DNA of 64,000 nucleotides from a virus. Taxonomy: Duplodnaviria > Caudoviricetes. This document shows, piece after piece, positions 17,463-27,415 of the stretch; within the stretch, counting starts at the first letter, position 1, and each line of letters starts with the position of its first letter. The stretch lies in the IMG/VR virus record IMGVR_UViG_3300011908_000001, positions 1 to 64,000 of that record. The stretch is one strand, 5' to 3'. The translations under genes were made by a program, and so were the position numbers. The notes under the pieces are model-generated. The model was not told the origin of the DNA, ran no database searches, and worked only from the letters and a program-made list of their open reading frames with translations.

Positions 17463-18836
17463 ATGAGTAAAGCTACTATCACTGGCGAGTTATTCTTGTC
17501 AAAAGTAATTAACGATAATGATGTCACAGCTCTTAATAGACACGGTATAACACGTGACCATTTTCAAACGTCTACTGAGCAAAAGGCATATGATTTTATT
17601 ATGGGATACGCCCGTTCTAACGAGGGTAATGCACCAAGTTTCCAATCCCTTTTAGCGCAGGTTCCAGACTTCGCTTATCAAGCTTCAACAGAGGATTCTT
17701 TCAAGTGGCTTGGAGAGAATATCAAGAAAGCTAAATTAAACTTGGCTTTCACGAGCTTCTTTAATGGGGAAGATTTCAACAAGCTTTGGGCATCCTCTAT
17801 CAAGGAGAACAACCCTCAAGGATTTGCTGACGATGTCATCGCTGCTATCACAGGCATTAAGAACGACAATAGAATCAGCGGTAAAACAGGTCATCTTTTA
17901 ACGGATGCTCCAGAGTGGTATGCACCAGAGTACTACGACCGTAAAGAAGGCAACATCATTAAGTTTTGGAACAGCCACTTCAAAGGGTTAGATGAACTTT
18001 TAGGGGGCGGTTACCAAGGCGGTAATATGTACACATGGTTTGCTCGAAGTGGACGTGGTAAATCTATCGTAACCATGGTAGAAGCCTTGTCAGCGGCTAT
18101 GCAAGGGGCTAACGTCCTTATGTGGGTATTGGAAATGCCTAAGTATGAGTGGGCTTCACGTGCCTTTGCATTCCTTTCTGCACAGGATGAGGTTAAACGC
18201 TCTGTCATTGACGGTGTTGACTACTTAGGAGGCTATAATGTACAAGAGCTTACCAAGGGTCAGTTAGACTACCACGAAGAACAAGACTTCATGAAGTTTA
18301 TTCAATCACTGAATGATCGCATCGCAGGGTCAGTTACAATTAAAGCGGTAGATGATGAAGACTTTGTTAAGCGTGACGTAAGACAGTTGGAACGGGACAT
18401 TGTAGAGACTGATGCAAACGTAGTAATCGTTGACCCATTCTACTACATGAGCTACTCTAAGAACACCTCTCAAACAGCCGGTGGAGATGCCGCTAACACC
18501 TCTAAAGAGTTACGGGGACTTGCAGGTCGTACAAAGGTGGTATTACATGTTATTACACAGGCTGATGAAGACAGTACTGAGAAACAGGGTAATGAACGTG
18601 AGTTGAAATTGCCATCCCGAAGTGAAGTTAAGAAGACTAAGCAAGTGTTAGAAGATGCTTCTTACCTTTTAGCTTTTGATAGTTGTGACGGGCGCTTTGC
18701 ACTAGGTGTTAAGAAAGGTCGTTCAGGTGGTGAAGGAGAAGAGTTGTCCGGCATTTTCCTACCATCTATTGGCTACGTTAAAGAGTCAAATGATGCTATG
18801 GTTAAAGACCTATTCAACGGAGATATCGAATTTTAG
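17463..18836 (+). CDS. DnaB-like replicative helicase
   Basis: ARSGRGKS Walker A, VLEM, IVDPF, VITQA, KKGRSG. Confidence 0.9.
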   Translation: MSKATITGELFLSKVINDNDVTALNRHGITRDHFQTSTEQKAYDFIMGYARSNEGNAPSFQSLLAQVPDFAYQASTEDSFKWLGENIKKAKLNLAFTSFFNGEDFNKLWASSIKENNPQGFADDVIAAITGIKNDNRISGKTGHLLTDAPEWYAPEYYDRKEGNIIKFWNSHFKGLDELLGGGYQGGNMYTWFARSGRGKSIVTMVEALSAAMQGANVLMWVLEMPKYEWASRAFAFLSAQDEVKRSVIDGVDYLGGYNVQELTKGQLDYHEEQDFMKFIQSLNDRIAGSVTIKAVDDEDFVKRDVRQLERDIVETDANVVIVDPFYYMSYSKNTSQTAGGDAANTSKELRGLAGRTKVVLHVITQADEDSTEKQGNERELKLPSRSEVKKTKQVLEDASYLLAFDSCDGRFALGVKKGRSGGEGEELSGIFLPSIGYVKESNDAMVKDLFNGDIEF

Positions 18837-18848
18837 GAGGAGATTGTA

Positions 18849-19172
18849 TTGATGAATTTTAAAGTAGGAGATAAGGTTGTGCGAAAGTCTGGTAGCCCTT
18901 GCGAGTACTTCGGTAAAAATAGCTACTATGCAGTAACGGCAGTAGCCCCAGAAGAGGACAGGATTGAGGTACGTGATGATGATGGCGACACCCTTTTCTG
19001 GGAGTCTTACAATTTCGAGTTGTATAAGCCAGAAGAAAAAGAACCTGTCATTGAAATCAGTCATTTAATAGAAGTCATAGAGTCATTGTTTGATTTATAC
19101 CAGAGCAAAGAGAAGACTCTTGACTGCCTCGGAACATACATTGCAGGGTATGAGCGAGGATATAATAAATAA
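18849..19172 (+). CDS. Hypothetical protein (FKxGD family)
   Basis: NFKVGDKVVRK N-terminus; RBS AGGAGG. Confidence 0.7.
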   Translation: MMNFKVGDKVVRKSGSPCEYFGKNSYYAVTAVAPEEDRIEVRDDDGDTLFWESYNFELYKPEEKEPVIEISHLIEVIESLFDLYQSKEKTLDCLGTYIAGYERGYNK

Positions 19173-19183
19173 TAGGTAGAAAG

Positions 19184-19217
19184 CCCTTGACAAGTTCAGG
19201 GGTTTTTTGGTATACTA
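19184..19217 (+). repeat. 34-bp terminator/promoter module, identical copy at 28154-28187
   Basis: CCCTTGACAAGTTCAGGGGTTTTTTGGTATACTA read at both sites; hairpin plus T run overlaps TTGACA..TATACT. Confidence 0.9.
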
Positions 19218-19255
19218 TGTTTATCAACTAAGAGACATGAAAGAGGGATTATATA

Positions 19256-19810
19256 ATGGCTAAAGAAAAAGCACCCGTATTTAAGAAGATTGCCCAGTAC
19301 AAAAAAATCGTGGCGAATGTCAACCCGTTTATTGCCATCGGAGACCTAATCGAAGACCATAATTGGGAGTATCAAATGGACAGAGTAACTAAGGATATTA
19401 TCAAAGTTCCTACACGTAAAACTTACCTTATGTGTGAGGGGTGTGCCTCTTGCCGAGAGATTACTAAACAGGGTAAATTAATTACAGATTGGAAAGTGGC
19501 TCAAATAGTTACTAAGCCCCTTGAAGAGTGGTCTAAAAAAGAAGTGTTGAGTCTAGTTTCCAAGCGGTACTCTATCAGGGAGTTGGCTAAAGTTTCAGGG
19601 GTTAAGACAGCTAAGGCTTTTATTAGCACTGTTAAACCATTATTCAACGATGATAAAGGGATTCGCTCATTGCTTTTCTACAATATTCCATACAGCGTGA
19701 TTAAGCTGTTAACCGGTATTTCTCCAGAGGAATACGAAACTTATAAAAAGGAGTATGACGAAGAGTTCGAAGAGCTACCATTAGATTTCACAGAAAAGGT
19801 TGGGGTATAA
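19256..19810 (+). CDS. Hypothetical protein (possible DNA-binding)
   Basis: CEGCASC motif; SIRELAKVSGV helix-turn-helix-like segment. Confidence 0.65.
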   Translation: MAKEKAPVFKKIAQYKKIVANVNPFIAIGDLIEDHNWEYQMDRVTKDIIKVPTRKTYLMCEGCASCREITKQGKLITDWKVAQIVTKPLEEWSKKEVLSLVSKRYSIRELAKVSGVKTAKAFISTVKPLFNDDKGIRSLLFYNIPYSVIKLLTGISPEEYETYKKEYDEEFEELPLDFTEKVGV

Positions 19811-19811
19811 T

Positions 19812-21374
19812 ATGTTAAACGTTAACTTATCACTAGGGGAAGACTCAGAGAAAGATGCTCATGAAGCCATTAAAAAGGCTAATAAGGCAAAGGAAATACC
19901 AACACTTGAACAGTCATGGGAACTTATCTTTAGTAGAAAGAACTCTAAGCCTGACTTGAAGCGCCTTGAAATTGTCAAAGGTCTTATGGAAGAAGGTAAG
20001 CTAGGTCGTGAAGAAGATAAGCTACACAAAGCTTTCTCAAAGGCTGAGGCACTACGCCTCTACAAACGCTATCAAGAAACCATGCGAGACCAACGCCTTC
20101 AAGAAATCATGGTGAAGGATAACGAGTTCTTTCCCTTGGTAACAGAGCCAGCTAAAATCACGAAGCTTGTTCATGGAATTTTAAGAGCTGACGGAATGCC
20201 TTTGTTAGAGGCAGAACATATGGTGTCTGTCGATACAGAGACGGTTGGTGAAGCTGGGGGTGTGGACAAATATCAGGAGCGTATCGCAGGATGGTCACTA
20301 ACCTATAAGATAGGTGATGAATACTTTAATGGATACATTCCTATCGAGCATTATAAAGAGGTTTCAGAAGGCGTATGGGAGCCTGATGAACGAAACGTCC
20401 AATATGACATTGCAATGAACGCCTTGTTGTATATTTTCCGTAGCGGTGTTGACACAGTATGGCATAACGCCACGTTTGACTTAGGCTTAATTTACACCTT
20501 AACCAAGGAAGAACCTGTAGGTAACGTCCACGATACGATGATTATCATGCACCTTTTACAAGAGGATCGTACAGAGGCTGGTAAGAACTACCGTTTGAAA
20601 GACCTTGCCACGGAGTTCCTTGGAATCGAGTCCCAGACTTTTGAAGAAATGTTTGGTAAGAATGCCAAGTTCTCACAGGTTCCTTTAGATGCTGCCAGAT
20701 GGTACGGTGCCAAGGATACTTGGGTAGGCTACAAGTTACTGGAATGGCAAGTCAAGATACTTTCTAAACCACAGTTTGCAAAGATTCTAAGAGCATATAA
20801 CCATATTGAGATGCCTTGTATCAGAGAAACTTTCCATACAGAGCGTACAGGATTCAGTATGAATATGACAGAAGTAGAAGCTCAGAAGAAGGAATGTGAA
20901 GAACGTATTGAAGAGTTGAAAGCAAGCCTCTCAGCGAGATTTGGGGAAGTAAACTTTGGGTCACCTGCTCAACTACAACGTATGTTGTACTTTGACAACG
21001 ACTGGAGCCAATATGTGAATAAAGATCATAAGAGTATTTTAGATGGTCATATTAAGTTTGATGAAAATGGCGTAAGTAACAATGGTAAATTTGCCATGAC
21101 TAAGTCTGGATCGATCATTTTAGACCCTAAAGTAGATAAAGGTTCGACAGTAATCTCTAAGACAGGTGCTAAACTTCCTGCCGATTCAGATGCTTTGAAA
21201 TCCATTGCCAAACACGCTCCAGAGGTTAAGGACTTGCTTGAGTTGAAAGATTTAACAAAGCATTTAACTTCCTTTGTAGAGAAGATTCCAAAGATGATTT
21301 CACCTGATGGAAGACTTCACGGAGACTTCAAACAGAGTAGTACCGTGACCTTGCGATATACTGCAAGCAACCCT
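19812..21374 (+). CDS. DNA polymerase family A, exon 1 (3'-5' exonuclease domain and start of the polymerase domain)
   Basis: SVDTET, HNATFD, HDTM and YGAKD Exo motifs; ends ...RYTASNP at the 5' splice site. Confidence 0.9.
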
Positions 21375-22462
21375 AAACTAAATTGGGGTTGTAAAACTGT
21401 GTGAACTGCGGGGAAACATTTAACTTAATAGGTACCAACTCCACTCCGGAAACGGGTAGAGGGCTTAGCTAACTACTAAGGTAGGGTAAAAAGCCTATTA
21501 AGGTGCAATCCGCAACCAAGGTGCTAAAGCGATTAGCCATGCACAAGGTTCAGAGACTAAATCAGACTACACCTTTGTCGAGAGGACATAGGGAAGATAA
21601 GCAGAGTAAAATTTGTGAAGTCTGAAAGAGAGCTAATAAGGAGCTCGTAGCGCACAGGTCTTAGGGTAACGCCTAAGATGTGATATAGTCCTTTAGATAC
21701 CACGCCAAAATAAACCTTAAAGGAGCTATTGATGGAACACTGGAAAGAGCATCATTTGAACTCTACTTATGAGGTCAGCGATTTAGGAAGGTTGAGAAAT
21801 AAAGATACCGGAAGGATACTTAAAACAGAGGTAATAAATTCTGGATACGAGCGGGTGACCCTCCCTAAAGTACCTAGAGGAGGAGACGAATTGGTACACC
21901 GAATAGTTGCCATCGCTTTTTGCGAGGGTTATCAGGAGGGTTTGCAGGTAGACCACATAGACGGTCAGAAGCTCAATAACAAAGCTTCGAACTTGCGATG
22001 GGTAAGTGTCTCTCAGAATATTAGGTATAACATTGATAGAGGTACTTTCAATTCTCATACGGCAAGGGAAGCACTTTTAAGTCTCCAGAAGAAATCAGTA
22101 AAGCAGTATGACAGATTTACAGGAGATTTTATCAGGGAGTACGAATCGCTCAACCAAGCATCCAAGACGGTAGGTATCACTGCAACAGCTATTCATAAAG
22201 CCTTAAAAAGAGATAGCAAGTCTACTAAGTTATATAGGTGGGAATGGAGTAATCCAAATAGCGAACATACTCAGCGAGCCTGTAGAATAAAAGTAGTAGA
22301 CTTTGAAGGGACACCTCATATATTCCCCAGTGTTAGGAAGGCTTCTGATTTCATAGGAGTAGATAATTCAACACTTCATAACCAACTCAAGAAAGGCGAT
22401 ACAATAAGTTATAGGGGATACGATATTACTAAGATATAAACCATTGGCGTGGTAGTCTAAAA
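21375..22462 (+). mobile_element. Group I intron (IA2-like, 1088 nt) carrying an HNH gene in the P9 loop
   Basis: P1 CAACCCU/GGGGUUG with U.G at the splice site; P element AACTGCGGGGAA, Q AATCCGCAACC, R CAGAGACTA (21551-59), S TAGTCC (21686-91); P3 CTGTGT/GCACAG; P8 TCTTAGG/CCTAAGA; P10 TAAATT/AATTTA. Splicing restores NP|NLQQ, the same site as the SPO1 polymerase intron. Confidence 0.93.
21732..22439 (+). CDS. Intron-encoded HNH homing endonuclease (NUMOD4-HNH-NUMOD1, I-HmuI-like)
   Basis: YEVSDLGRLR, VHRIVAIAF, VDHIDGQKLNNKASNLRW, YESLNQASK. Confidence 0.9.
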   Translation: MEHWKEHHLNSTYEVSDLGRLRNKDTGRILKTEVINSGYERVTLPKVPRGGDELVHRIVAIAFCEGYQEGLQVDHIDGQKLNNKASNLRWVSVSQNIRYNIDRGTFNSHTAREALLSLQKKSVKQYDRFTGDFIREYESLNQASKTVGITATAIHKALKRDSKSTKLYRWEWSNPNSEHTQRACRIKVVDFEGTPHIFPSVRKASDFIGVDNSTLHNQLKKGDTISYRGYDITKI

Positions 22463-23491
22463 AATTTACAACAACAGCCTTATAAAGCACGTATGATGTT
22501 CGAGGCACCAGAAGGACAACTTATCCTAAGTGCCGATTTTAGTCAGCAAGAACCCCGATTAGCCGCTCACATGAGCAATTGTAAAGGGCTTATTGAATTG
22601 TATCAGAACGAGCGTGACTTGTACTCTGAGACAGCCGCTTCAATCTTTGACAAACCTTTAGAGGAGTGTGGGGATGGCTCCATTTACCGTAAGCAGACAA
22701 AAGTTGTGGTACTTGCCGTTTTATATGGTATGTCTCACTTCACGTTAGCGGGCATTCTTGGCATTTCGAATGATGAAGGTAAAGAGTTGATTGACAACTT
22801 CTATAAGACTTACCCAGAACTTCATAAGTGGATTCAGAACAATGAGAAAGAAGTTGCTAAGCAGAAGTATGTGGAGACTCCTTGGGGCACTCGTAGACGT
22901 TTCACACGGACTAACTTCAACCTTCCGAAAAAACCTTGGGGAGCGATGACTGAACAAGACCGCAAAGATAGAAGCGCCGTTAACCGAGCTTTACGTCAAG
23001 CTACTAACGCTAAGGTGCAGGGTTCTGCATCTATGCAGACTAAACAAGTTATGGTAGCAGCAGGGAAGCTTCTAGCAAAGCTTAATAAAGCACGTGGTGC
23101 AGAAGTGTTCCAATTCCTCGGGCAAATTCATGATGAGGTCTTGTACCTTGTTCCAGAGGATGCCAAGAAGGATGAGATCGAAGCCATTAGAGACGTGATG
23201 ATTAACACTGTCACACTTGTTGTCCCTTCTAAAACTGACATGGCTTTAGGAAAGTGTTGGGGAACTCTTCAAGAGGTGGATTACATTGACCAAGAAACTT
23301 ACATGGTGGGAAGTGTTAAAGCCAATATGAAGACAGATTTAACAGAGGGTGTCGGGGAGGTTGTTAGTTGGAAGAAACCTTCTTATAAACCCTTAGGAGA
23401 AGTATTTGTAGATGGTGTGGCTACAGGAGTAACAATGTCTGAAAGAGAGTGGTCAGAGGCTACTACAAAATTCTTTGATAAGAAGAAATAA
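22463..23491 (+). CDS. DNA polymerase family A, exon 2
   Basis: NLQQQP, ADFSQQEPR (motif A), KVVVLAVLYG (motif B), QIHDEV (motif C); spliced product ~863 aa. Confidence 0.92.
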   Translation, partial: NLQQQPYKARMMFEAPEGQLILSADFSQQEPRLAAHMSNCKGLIELYQNERDLYSETAASIFDKPLEECGDGSIYRKQTKVVVLAVLYGMSHFTLAGILGISNDEGKELIDNFYKTYPELHKWIQNNEKEVAKQKYVETPWGTRRRFTRTNFNLPKKPWGAMTEQDRKDRSAVNRALRQATNAKVQGSASMQTKQVMVAAGKLLAKLNKARGAEVFQFLGQIHDEVLYLVPEDAKKDEIEAIRDVMINTVTLVVPSKTDMALGKCWGTLQEVDYIDQETYMVGSVKANMKTDLTEGVGEVVSWKKPSYKPLGEVFVDGVATGVTMSEREWSEATTKFFDKKK

Positions 23492-23499
23492 AAAAGGGG

Positions 23500-23531
23500 T
23501 TGACAAAAACCCCTTCCCATGGTATTATAAT
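23500..23531 (+). promoter_or_regulatory. SigmaA promoter with -35 inside an inverted repeat
   Basis: AAGGGGTT-GACAAA-AACCCCTT; TTGACA-17 bp-TATTAT. Confidence 0.75.
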
Positions 23532-23560
23532 AAAGTAGTAAACAACAAGGAGGATTTCAC

Positions 23561-23827
23561 ATGGATCGTGAAGAGTTAGAAGAGCTTATTGAAGAGTTGC
23601 AAGGTGAAATTGAGACCGCTCAAAATGATTTAGAAACGGCGGAAGTGGCTGTCGATGATGCCCATGATGCTATGGTAGAGGCAGAAACAGACCTAGCCGA
23701 AGCCGAAGACGAGTTTGAAGATTTATCCATCTTATTAGCTGATTTGGAAGAACAGTTAGCAGATGCCGAAGGCGAACTGGAAGACCTCGAAGACGAGGAA
23801 GACGAGGAAGACGAGGAAGATGAGTAG
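23561..23827 (+). CDS. Extremely acidic coiled-coil protein (DNA-mimic candidate)
   Basis: 44 of 88 residues are D/E, one Arg, no Lys; RBS AAGGAGG; own promoter. Confidence 0.75.
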   Translation: MDREELEELIEELQGEIETAQNDLETAEVAVDDAHDAMVEAETDLAEAEDEFEDLSILLADLEEQLADAEGELEDLEDEEDEEDEEDE

Positions 23828-23869
23828 GACTAATAACTTTTTACCATAAAACTTTAGGAGGAATTAAAT

Positions 23870-24400
23870 ATGGCAGTAAAGAAATCAGAATTGAAAGAGT
23901 TAGTACAATCAGTGTGGAACGAAAAGGTACGTGCACTTCGTAAGGAACGTGGGGAAAAAGAGCGTGCCCACAAGTTAGAAGCATTGACTCCTTATAAAGA
24001 GATGTTAGAAGACTACTTTGAAAAATCCCAAGCTAAGACGGAAGCCTACAACAAGATTTTAGATGCCTTCGAAGAAGCTGGTCTACGAAACTACCATTTC
24101 AACTACCGTAAAAGTGGTGAGTTCAACGGTACATTGGAGTCTAAACTAGAGTATATTGCTAATGACTTTTATAGTGGTACAGTGAAGGGTACCGAAGCTG
24201 TCATCAAGCCTTACGACGACAAACTTCGAGAAATCAACGCCTCTTATGGCGGTGTAATGACCAACCTTAAAAACCTATCTCCTAAGAAAGGATTTGAATA
24301 CTTATTACAATTGGGATTTGACTTGACAGCACTCTCTAGTAACGAATCATCCGTGCCTATGATTGTAGTTGACCCAGAGTCCCTTGATTTGCCTAAATAA
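23870..24400 (+). CDS. Hypothetical protein
   Basis: RBS AGGAGG. Confidence 0.7.
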   Translation: MAVKKSELKELVQSVWNEKVRALRKERGEKERAHKLEALTPYKEMLEDYFEKSQAKTEAYNKILDAFEEAGLRNYHFNYRKSGEFNGTLESKLEYIANDFYSGTVKGTEAVIKPYDDKLREINASYGGVMTNLKNLSPKKGFEYLLQLGFDLTALSSNESSVPMIVVDPESLDLPK

Positions 24401-24425
24401 TCAGGGGTAATAAGTCTTCAAGAAT

Positions 24426-24465
24426 GCCTCTAATGCTTGACATTAGGGGCTTTTTATGGTATAAT
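24426..24465 (+). promoter_or_regulatory. Overlapping terminator and sigmaA promoter
   Basis: GCCTCTAATG-CTTGA-CATTAGGGGC-TTTTT contains TTGACA; TATAAT 17 bp later. Confidence 0.85.
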
Positions 24466-24496
24466 TGGAGAGTAAATATTAGGAGGTAATTATGAA

Positions 24497-24838
24497 TTGA
24501 TTGAACAGTGGAGATTTTTATATTACCAAGGTGTTTTATCAGACACCTACGAGGTAAGCTCTTTTGGTAACATACGAAACGCTAAAACGAAGAAACTTCT
24601 AAAGCCTCAGTACACAGGGTATGCCCACGTCAGAATCAAGCATGACGGAAAAGTACAAAACATTAGGATTCACCGAGCAGTTGCCTCAACTTTCCTCAGA
24701 AAGCTTGACCATGAGAACAGCGTTAACCACAAGAACGGAGATAAAACCGACAACCGTGTTTGCAACCTTGAGTGGATTTCTCAGGCAATGAACGTGCGTA
24801 ATTCACTACTTATGAGGGGGCTATTGAATGAAGAGTAA
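24497..24838 (+). CDS. Free-standing HNH endonuclease
   Basis: YEVSSFGNIRN, IHRAVASTF, VNHKNGDKTDNRVCNLEW. Confidence 0.88.
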   Translation: MIEQWRFLYYQGVLSDTYEVSSFGNIRNAKTKKLLKPQYTGYAHVRIKHDGKVQNIRIHRAVASTFLRKLDHENSVNHKNGDKTDNRVCNLEWISQAMNVRNSLLMRGLLNEE

Positions 24839-25877
24839 GAAAGGTTTGAAGGCTATTTCCGCAGAGACGGGAGAGACCTACGTAGTTACGCTAGAAGATC
24901 GTATGGCACAGATTTTCATGGAACAGTTTGACAAGTTTTGTGAGAAAGGTTTAGACACTGATGAAGACCTCACCAGATGGCTTTATAATCAGTACTTAGA
25001 CGTTCTAGGAATCAACCCTTTAAAAGATGTGCAAGAAGAAATGGTATTCTTTAGAAGCTCTTCTACTGGGTCATGCTTACGTGAACAGACGATGAAGGTA
25101 ATTGACTTCATGGAGGGCACTAAGAAGTACGACAAGAAAGGTGACAAGCAGCCTCACCAAACTCGATGGACTGCCCTTGGAACGGCTGGTGGAGACGTGA
25201 TGCAATTCTTTGTACTACTAATGGAAAAGCACTACGAACGACTTATCGGAGAGCCCTTCGCATTCCGCTTTGAAAGAGATGAAGTTGGACACCCTATGTT
25301 CGAGCAGTTCACCACCACTTACAAGTATTTCAAGAGTGGTAACATGAAGTGGGCAACGGGCGGTTCCGTAGATGGTCTCATGATTTTCACAGACCCTGAT
25401 ACAGGCAAGGAACACCGTGTGGGGCTTGAGATTAAATCCAAGCAAACCTCATCTGCAAGAACTTCTCTATACTCCATGAAAGAGCCTGACAAGAAGCACG
25501 TGTGGCAAGTTAAGAACTACGCCATGCTACATGACTTAGAAAGTTACTTAGTAGTTTATCTAAACTTTTCTCATAAGACTTGGGAGTATACCTCAGAGGA
25601 TTATGCTAAGACACCTGACGTACGAGTATTTGGCATTCATATTTCAGAGGCAGATAAGAAAGATGTAAGAGACAGGTTCTGGACGGCGGTTGAACACGCC
25701 CACGCAGGGACTTATCCTGAACTCGATTTATCCGCTTGGACATTCAATGATTACAAGACAGCCTGTGCCAGAAGCCTTACTCTCAAGGAGTTAGACCGGC
25801 TGGATAAGATTGCCACAGGTAAGTTCCAAGAACAGGCGCTACAACAAATTTATGATATACGGGAGGCTTTCAAATAA
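24828..25877 (+). CDS. PD-(D/E)xK exonuclease (Cas4/RecB-like)
   Basis: SSSTGSCLR, GSVDG, LEIKS, QVKNY. Confidence 0.75.
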   Translation: MKSKKGLKAISAETGETYVVTLEDRMAQIFMEQFDKFCEKGLDTDEDLTRWLYNQYLDVLGINPLKDVQEEMVFFRSSSTGSCLREQTMKVIDFMEGTKKYDKKGDKQPHQTRWTALGTAGGDVMQFFVLLMEKHYERLIGEPFAFRFERDEVGHPMFEQFTTTYKYFKSGNMKWATGGSVDGLMIFTDPDTGKEHRVGLEIKSKQTSSARTSLYSMKEPDKKHVWQVKNYAMLHDLESYLVVYLNFSHKTWEYTSEDYAKTPDVRVFGIHISEADKKDVRDRFWTAVEHAHAGTYPELDLSAWTFNDYKTACARSLTLKELDRLDKIATGKFQEQALQQIYDIREAFK

Positions 25878-26299
25878 TGGAAAATTTATACTACCGTACA
25901 CTGGTATTACACACCATTAAGAACGAATATGCTAGTGAGTGGACATTATATTTAGAGGATACTTTAGAGGGTTATGAAGACCTCGCTAACGAGATTGTAG
26001 CTTCTATGCACGGCGAAGGAGAAATTGGTAAAGTGGTTTCACTATTTGATCTTACAGGAAGCTTAAAATACATTGATGCCTCTCTCATCACCGACTTTAC
26101 ATTCTCGTCTAACTACTCTAAAGAACTCATGGAGGACATGGTTGCTGAGGCGTTAGGAGAGGATTACCACGAGATTGATACAGCAGACGACTTTTACGTA
26201 GATACCTCATGTGATTGTGAGTATTGTGATGGTTACCCCGACCCTGATTATGACTTAGATTATGACGAAGACGAAGAAGAGGATGAAGACGAATGGTAA
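25877..26299 (+). CDS. Hypothetical protein with CDCEYC motif and acidic tail
   Basis: Translationally coupled ORF. Confidence 0.65.
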   Translation: MENLYYRTLVLHTIKNEYASEWTLYLEDTLEGYEDLANEIVASMHGEGEIGKVVSLFDLTGSLKYIDASLITDFTFSSNYSKELMEDMVAEALGEDYHEIDTADDFYVDTSCDCEYCDGYPDPDYDLDYDEDEEEDEDEW

Positions 26300-26859
26300 G
26301 ATATATTGGACTTGATGTAAGCTCTGTTGCTACAGGGGTGGCAATTGTTGACCGAGCACCTGACGGCTCCTTAACCCTAGTAGCCCATGACGTTATCACC
26401 ACTTCCTCTAAACAGGAAATAGGGAAGCGTTTGATCCTATTCGCAGAAACCCTTCAAGGATTCTTTGATGACTACCAACCTGACTATGTTATCCGTGAGG
26501 AGACGATTAATAATCGTGCCTCTAACGCCATCTTATTTAAGTTCTTAGGAGTGGCTCAATTCTTAGCGGCTAACAATGGTCACCAAAAGACTTATGAATA
26601 CTTCCCAACAACCATTAAGAAAGAAGTAACAGGCGCAGGAAGAGCTTCAAAAGAAACGGTAGCTGAATGTTCTCAGAAGTATTTCAGAGAAGACCTTTCA
26701 ACTCTCACTGATGATGAGACGGATGCTATCGCCTCTATACTAACTCACCTCTCAAAGACTTCACTGATAACTACTGTAGAGGATTTTGATAAACAATTGG
26801 AACATGAGAAGGAACAAGAACAATTAGTAGAGGGGTATGAGAATGGGACTGTCAAATAG
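26293..26859 (+). CDS. RuvC-like Holliday junction resolvase
   Basis: YIGLDVS, VIREE, TIKKEVTGAGRASK, DETDAIA. Confidence 0.85.
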   Translation: MVRYIGLDVSSVATGVAIVDRAPDGSLTLVAHDVITTSSKQEIGKRLILFAETLQGFFDDYQPDYVIREETINNRASNAILFKFLGVAQFLAANNGHQKTYEYFPTTIKKEVTGAGRASKETVAECSQKYFREDLSTLTDDETDAIASILTHLSKTSLITTVEDFDKQLEHEKEQEQLVEGYENGTVK

Positions 26860-27415
26860 AAAACAGATTAAAGTAGCCTTTGCAGGTAAGAGTAGAGCTG
26901 GTAAAGACACCTTAGCTCACGAGTTATCAAAGGCATATCGGGCGGAAGGTAAGGGCGTAGTAACTTACGCCTTTGCCGAGGGTATTAAAGAGGTCTATAA
27001 GAAATATTTTAGTCACATTGCAGATACCGAGAAACCTCGTGATGCTTACATTAAAATTGGAGAAGCTTTCAGAGAAATTGATCCTAGGGTGTGGGTACTC
27101 AACCTTAAAGAGAAAGTTGATAGAAGTTATCAGTGGGACGTTGTAATCGTCACTGACCTCCGACGGGAAGTGGAGCTAGACTACCTCCGAAAAGAAGGCT
27201 TTAGCATCGTAATGTTAGGTGCAGATGATGAGGTTAGAGTTGCTCGTGCAGAGGCTCTAGGAGAGAAACTAGACCTTAACAACGAAGGCGATGAAGAGGT
27301 TGACCTTATTGACTATGACATGTATGTGGACAGTACCAACACCTTTACACCTCTGGACATTCAGAAGGTTAAAGAAGCCCTCGACAAAAAAATTGTTGAA
27401 CGGGCGGTGAATTGA
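26837..27415 (+). CDS. Deoxynucleoside monophosphate kinase
   Basis: AGKSRAGKDT P-loop, YAFAEGIK, VTDLR. Confidence 0.8.
   Translation: MRMGLSNRKQIKVAFAGKSRAGKDTLAHELSKAYRAEGKGVVTYAFAEGIKEVYKKYFSHIADTEKPRDAYIKIGEAFREIDPRVWVLNLKEKVDRSYQWDVVIVTDLRREVELDYLRKEGFSIVMLGADDEVRVARAEALGEKLDLNNEGDEEVDLIDYDMYVDSTNTFTPLDIQKVKEALDKKIVERAVN

Noticed and set aside
24828-25877. Cas4-like gene as part of a CRISPR-Cas system
   Set aside because: No other cas genes or array; solo Cas4-like nucleases are common in phage replication modules.
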